Shown here: positions 59,700 through 64,000 of the stretch, piece by piece
Position numbering within the stretch: the first letter of the stretch is position 1
Layout of the letters: the number at the start of each line of letters is the position of its first letter
Position numbers and translations under genes: made by a program
NCBI GenBank assembly: GCA_964291415.2
Contig: OZ219920.1
Coordinates: forward strand, 352,001-416,000
DNA from: Alphaproteobacteria bacterium
GTDB taxonomy: Bacteria > Pseudomonadota > Alphaproteobacteria > SP197
Direction of reading: 5' to 3'
DNA: 64,000 nucleotides
The notes under the pieces: generated by a model
The model's database searches: none
Told to the model about the DNA's origin: nothing
Seen by the model: the letters and a program-made list of their open reading frames with translations, nothing else

Positions 59700-59929
59700 C
59701 ACCATCCCGGTCAATCCACCACACGTTCAATGTGGCAAGAATCCCCGGGCCCCTACCGAACTAAACAGGGAACCAACAATCGTCCTTGGGGCTGTCGCGA
59801 TCGACGCGTGAGGTGCATGGGCTATCAGGCTGAAGCGTTTCACCGATTGGATGCGAGCAGAGTCGTGTCGAGGTCGCATCGGGATCTGGAACTGGGCCAT
59901 AGGGGTGGGCTCGACGGTTGTGTCTCACC

Positions 59930-60240
59930 GCGTGGGGCGGAACTGCGGGTCGAGGTCGCGTCTGGTAAGGTGGCGGAAGCCCGCTACCAACATGCCGAGG
60001 GCCTTCACCCGGGGACGGCGCTTCGTCACCGGATCCCAGCCCCGGGTCTGCAGCAGGTCACGCCGATGCGGTCCAGGGTCGTGCGCACCACCTCGTCGTG
60101 GGCCCGCACAACGCGGGCGTCGCCCATCGCCAGCGCCTCCAACGACACCGGCATCGAGAAGGCGACGTCCCAGCCCGGACGGTGCTGTCGCGCCCTTGAT
60201 GATCCGGCCCAGTCGGATGGCGCTCTTTGGCACTCGGCCT
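59930..60240 (-). pseudogene. MobF/TrwC relaxase remnant
   Basis: HRPGWDVAFSMP.VSLEALAMGDARVVRAHDEVVRTTLD /fs/ LLQTRGWDP...MLVAGFRHLTRRDLDPQF. Confidence 0.7.
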
Positions 60241-60771
60241 GAGAGCGCCGACTCGATGCGCGACGACACCACGTGACCCCTCATGTTCGAGCCCGCCGCC
60301 GCGGTGCCCTGCCAGAAGCTTGCCTTCCTGTGTTCCGGATCGTTCTTCGCGTAGTAGCCATCCTTTCAACCTTGACACTACCAGCTTCATCGTTGCGACG
60401 ATCTCGGCGATGCCGTTCAAGTCTCCGATGTCCAGATGCAAGCTCATTCCGACATCTTCACCGCCCATCAGAGCGATCCGGAACTCGTTCGCGGGCGCGA
60501 AGCGAGCGGATTTGCTGAAGGCGTCCAATGGTTCGTGTCGCATTTCGTCAATGGAGTCGGTGACCGCTTCCGAGGAGGTCTCGTAACCATGTCGAGGAAT
60601 GTGTGTTCGTGCCTACAGTCGATGACAACCGCGTGTGTTCCGAATTTCGACCCCATCTCCCCTGCCGCGCGCACCTGCCTGGTAAGTCGGTTCAGGCATG
60701 TGGCGTAGTCGGGGTCCCTGGAAACAACTTGAGAGGAGCAGATTACGTAGGGGTGCAAAGTCCTGGCGCAC

Positions 60772-61242
60772 TTGAACGAAGGGGGATTCTACACGGACAT
60801 TGCAGAAGCGATTCGGCAGATCTCCAGCAAGCCGGTCAACGATCGGCAAGAGCTGTGGCGCCGGATCGTCTTCACCATCCTTGTGTCGAACAACGACGAT
60901 CACCTGAAGAACCACGGGTTCATCTATGCCGGCAGCGACCGGTGGCGGCTGTCGCCGGCCTTCGACATCAATCCGTCTCCGTCACGGCATCGGGTCCTGG
61001 CGACGGGCATCATCCAGGGTGGTTCATTCGAAGCATCGCTTGACCTGGCTCTCGAGGCGTCCGAGTTCTTCGATATCGAATCTGCCGCCGCGAGGCAGGA
61101 AGCGCACAGGATGGCCAGGATCGTCGCCGGCAACTGGAAGCAGGTCCTGCGCAAAGAAGGGGCGTCGAGTGACGAGATTCGCGGATATGCGGAAGCTTTC
61201 GAACACGCTGAGGCAGAACGGGCCATGGGCCTTGACGGGTGA
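60772..61242 (+). pseudogene. HipA-family kinase, C-terminal fragment
   Basis: Y.DIAEAIR, ELWRRIVFTILVSNNDDHLKNHGF, WRLSPAFDINP; N-lobe absent. Confidence 0.8.
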
Positions 61243-61411
61243 TGCCGACGCTGTTGCGGCAACTCACCACATCCGGTTCAGATGGTGTCCAGTTCCAGTC
61301 CTGTCTTGCCGCTGGTCGCTCACAATGCGGGCGGACGAGCGAGGAAGCACCTCGCTGCGATCTTCGAATCCCTGCCGCAGCAGGCACCGGCGGTCCACGA
61401 CGGAGACGCGC

Positions 61412-61870
61412 TCAGCCGTTCGCTTCTTCCTCACCTGATAGCCGGCGCTGAAACGAGCCGGGAGAGAGTATCGGCACGGTGAATGCGTCTGCGAGCGCCA
61501 GGATGTCGGCATCACCGGTGACAAGCACATCCGCCTGCCCGGCTACGGCAAGGCTGAGGAATGCCCTGTCGAACGGATCGCGGCGTTGCGGAATCGCGGC
61601 CTCGTTGCCGGAGACGTCGACGCTTTCGCAATAGGGGAGGTAGTCATCGAGCAGCTCGCGTTGATCGTCGGCACTCAGCGCAAACTTTGGGTAAGCGAGG
61701 ACCCGGATCAACTCGGCAGTGGTCTCACGGCTGGCGAGCGGGCGGATGCGGCCCAGCCGCCAGGCTCCACGGAGCCACGATACCTGGCCGGTGTGGAACA
61801 GCAGTGACGAGACCAGCACGTTTGTGTCGAGGACCGGGCGAACTGGCGTCAGTCGCCGGACCGCGCCCAT
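61412..61870 (-). CDS. PIN-domain toxin (PIN_3 type); start uncertain
   Basis: VLDTNVLVSSLL, RDPFDRAFL, ADVLVTGDADIL. Confidence 0.88.
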   Translation of the reverse strand: MGAVRRLTPVRPVLDTNVLVSSLLFHTGQVSWLRGAWRLGRIRPLASRETTAELIRVLAYPKFALSADDQRELLDDYLPYCESVDVSGNEAAIPQRRDPFDRAFLSLAVAGQADVLVTGDADILALADAFTVPILSPGSFQRRLSGEEEANG

Positions 61871-62073
61871 GCCACCGCATCCTTCACGTCGGTATCCGAG
61901 AGCCCGAGTCTGGCGAGCTTCGCCCGCACGCCATCGGCACGGTTGACGCGAACCGGCGTGAGAACGATACGGCCATCCTCCGTGGTGACATCGAAGTAAT
62001 CAGTTGTCTCCACGGCCGCGACCACTGCCTTGGGCAGGGTCAACTGGTTCTTGGAGGTCAGCTTGGCGAGCAT
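61849..62073 (-). CDS. AbrB/MazE-type antitoxin
   Basis: MLAKLTSKNQLTLPK...GRIVLTPV; overlaps the PIN gene. Confidence 0.88.
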   Translation of the reverse strand: MLAKLTSKNQLTLPKAVVAAVETTDYFDVTTEDGRIVLTPVRVNRADGVRAKLARLGLSDTDVKDAVAWARSGD

Positions 62074-62102
62074 GATCGGTTTCCAAATGATGAATGCGAA
62101 GT

Positions 62103-62143
62103 AAGGAAACAATGCAACATTGTTCCGGCAAAATCAAGGAAAC
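62103..62143. promoter_or_regulatory. Candidate TA autoregulatory operator
   Basis: Palindrome AACAATG-CAA-CATTGTT and repeated AAGGAAAC upstream of the antitoxin. Confidence 0.45.
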
Positions 62144-62301
62144 CTCCCATTGTGTGTTTGGCGATGCCAACCGGATCGATACGTGACGCCTTGGCGAAGG
62201 CATGCAATCGGCGACGGTCGCCGTTGCTTCCTCCAACTTGCGTTGTCCGTCTCCATCGGGCACGGTTCGAGGGACACTGAATTCGCACTGAAGGGGATAC
62301 C

Positions 62302-62583
62302 ATGGCCAAGTTCGTCATGCTCGGAAAGTACACGCAAGGGTCGATGGAAGGGATCAGCGCATCGCGCACCGACCAGGCGGGAGAAGTCATCCGGGAGAGC
62401 GGTGGCGAGGTGATCGGCATGTACGCGCTGCTCGGGGCCTTCGACCTCATCCTCTTGGTCGAGTTGCCGGATATCGAGACCGCGATGCAGGTCTCACTGA
62501 AGTTGACGCGCCTGACCGGGGTCGGGTTCCTGACCTCGCCCGCCGTCGACGTGGAGACGTTCGACGCCCTCGCTTCGAGCTAG
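62302..62583 (+). CDS. GYD domain protein
   Basis: MAKFVMLGKYT..., YALLGAFDLILLVELPD; AAGGGG RBS. Confidence 0.8.
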   Translation: MAKFVMLGKYTQGSMEGISASRTDQAGEVIRESGGEVIGMYALLGAFDLILLVELPDIETAMQVSLKLTRLTGVGFLTSPAVDVETFDALASS

Positions 62584-62680
62584 CGTTCGACCCGCCTCCT
62601 TGAACTTCGCTGGATCCGGCGGTTCTCCCGCGGCGACCTCCGCCACTCGCGCGCCAGCTTCGAAATCCTGAAGGCCAGCC

Positions 62681-64000
62681 TTACCCTTTCGCGCGGGCGT
62701 GACGGCGGCGTTCGTGGACATTGAGGAAGCGCTTGCGCAGGCGAATGGATGAGGGCGTGACTTCGACGAGTTCGTCATCGTCGATCCAGGCGATCGCTTG
62801 TTCGAGCGTAAGGCGCATCGGCGGAGAGAGGTCGAGGGCGTCATCCTTGCCAGCCGCCCGAAAGTTCGTGAGTTGCTTGGTCTTGAGAGGGTTGACGTCG
62901 AGATCGCTGCCGCGGCTGTGTTCGCCGATGATCATGCCGGGATAGACCTCTTCGCCCGGGCCGATCATCAGGCGGCCCCGGTCTTCGAGACCGAAGAGGG
63001 CATAGCCGGATGCCCTGCCTCGTTCGAGCGACACGAGGACACCCTGGCGCCGTGTCGGCAGCCTCCCGCGATGCGGTCCGTATGCATGAAAGACGCGATG
63101 CATGACGCCGGTTCCCCGGGTTCGGCCGAGGAACTCGCCGTGGTAGCCGATCAGTCCCCGCGACGGGCACTGGAAGACGAGACGCTGCTTGCCGCCGGAA
63201 AGCGTTCTCATGTCCCTCAGTTCACCCCTGCGACGGGAGAGGGTTTCCACCACGGCGCCGGCATGGTCGGAATCGACATCCACCACGACCTCCTCGATCG
63301 GTTCCTCGAGCGTCCCGCTTTCCGGATTGTGGCGCAACAGCACGCGCGGCCGGCTGATCGACATCTCGTAGCCTTCCCGGCGCATCTGTTCGATCAGGAC
63401 GGCCAGCTGGAGTTCGCCGCGCCCCGATACCTCGAGTGCGTCGTCGTCCGGCGCCGGGGAGACCTCGATAGCGACGTTGCCCTCCGCTTCCCTGAACAGG
63501 CGGTCGCGAAGCACCCGCGACGTCACCTTGTCGCCCTCGAGGCCCGCCAGGGGCGCATCGTTGATCGAGAAGGTGATTGCGATCGTCGAGGGATCGATCG
63601 GCGTGGCCGGCAGGGGCTCGCTCACGCCGGGGCTGGTGACCGTGTCGGCGACCGTCGCCACACCCAGTCCCGCAAGCGAGACAATGTCCCCGGCGTGCGC
63701 CTCCTCCAGCGCTACGCTTTCCAGTCCGCGGCGGGCGAGAACCTTGGTGATTCTGGTGGTCTCGATCAGGCCACCCTCACGGGAGAGGGCGTTGACTGTC
63801 ATGTTGGGGCGCACGCACCCCGAGGCGATGCGGCCGGTCACGATCCTGCCGAGCCAGGGGTCGGCCTCCAGGATCGTCGCCAGCATGCGAAAGTCCTCCG
63901 AATGATCGATGATCGGAGGCGGAACGTGATCGAGAACCGCCCGGAACAGCGCAGTCATGTCGTTCGCGTCACGTTGGGGCGTTAACGATGCCCAACCTTC
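62681..64000 (-). CDS. typA: Translational GTPase TypA/BipA; 5' part outside the window
   Basis: EGDKVTSR, VSGRGELQL, MRREGYE, PSRGLIGY, NPLKTKQLTNFRAAGKD, DDELVEVTP. Confidence 0.96.
   Translation of the reverse strand, partial: EGWASLTPQRDANDMTALFRAVLDHVPPPIIDHSEDFRMLATILEADPWLGRIVTGRIASGCVRPNMTVNALSREGGLIETTRITKVLARRGLESVALEEAHAGDIVSLAGLGVATVADTVTSPGVSEPLPATPIDPSTIAITFSINDAPLAGLEGDKVTSRVLRDRLFREAEGNVAIEVSPAPDDDALEVSGRGELQLAVLIEQMRREGYEMSISRPRVLLRHNPESGTLEEPIEEVVVDVDSDHAGAVVETLSRRRGELRDMRTLSGGKQRLVFQCPSRGLIGYHGEFLGRTRGTGVMHRVFHAYGPHRGRLPTRRQGVLVSLERGRASGYALFGLEDRGRLMIGPGEEVYPGMIIGEHSRGSDLDVNPLKTKQLTNFRAAGKDDALDLSPPMRLTLEQAIAWIDDDELVEVTPSSIRLRKRFLNVHERRRHARAKG

Overview
High-GC bacterial chromosome segment, most likely an alphaproteobacterium (inferred from gene types and CTTG-N17-CTATAT promoter style; the Calx-beta, autotransporter and FG-GAP content resembles marine or host-associated Rhodospirillales-like genomes). 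1-34.5 kb is mostly housekeeping and catabolic genes: ABC transporter parts, FIST, a sulfite oxidase plus cytochrome c, hydantoinase A/B, ispB, icd, a LysM protein with 12 x 90-bp acidic repeats, DAHP synthase, NAPRT, nadE, cysS, cimA, trmJ and rpsD. Two insertions interrupt it. One is a 2.0-kb IS that separates a polyamine-binding-protein gene from its RBS and start codon. The other is a mini-island between two full copies of tRNA-Pro(CGG), carrying an Abi/HEPN nuclease and a divergent structured ~53-nt RNA candidate. About 35-62 kb, between rpsD and GYD/typA, is an accessory island full of mobile-element debris. It holds a MalT-like LuxR regulator, a peptide ABC operon, and a candidate secretion system: a Sec-exported 8-Cys small protein (plus an unannotated pseudogene paralog with a conserved promoter), a PAS-fused MacA-type adaptor, MacB-type permease and ATPase, TolC, DsbA and a tandem STAS protein, split by an FG-GAP/vanadium-haloperoxidase fusion gene. 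All calls come from reading motifs by eye; no database searches were run.
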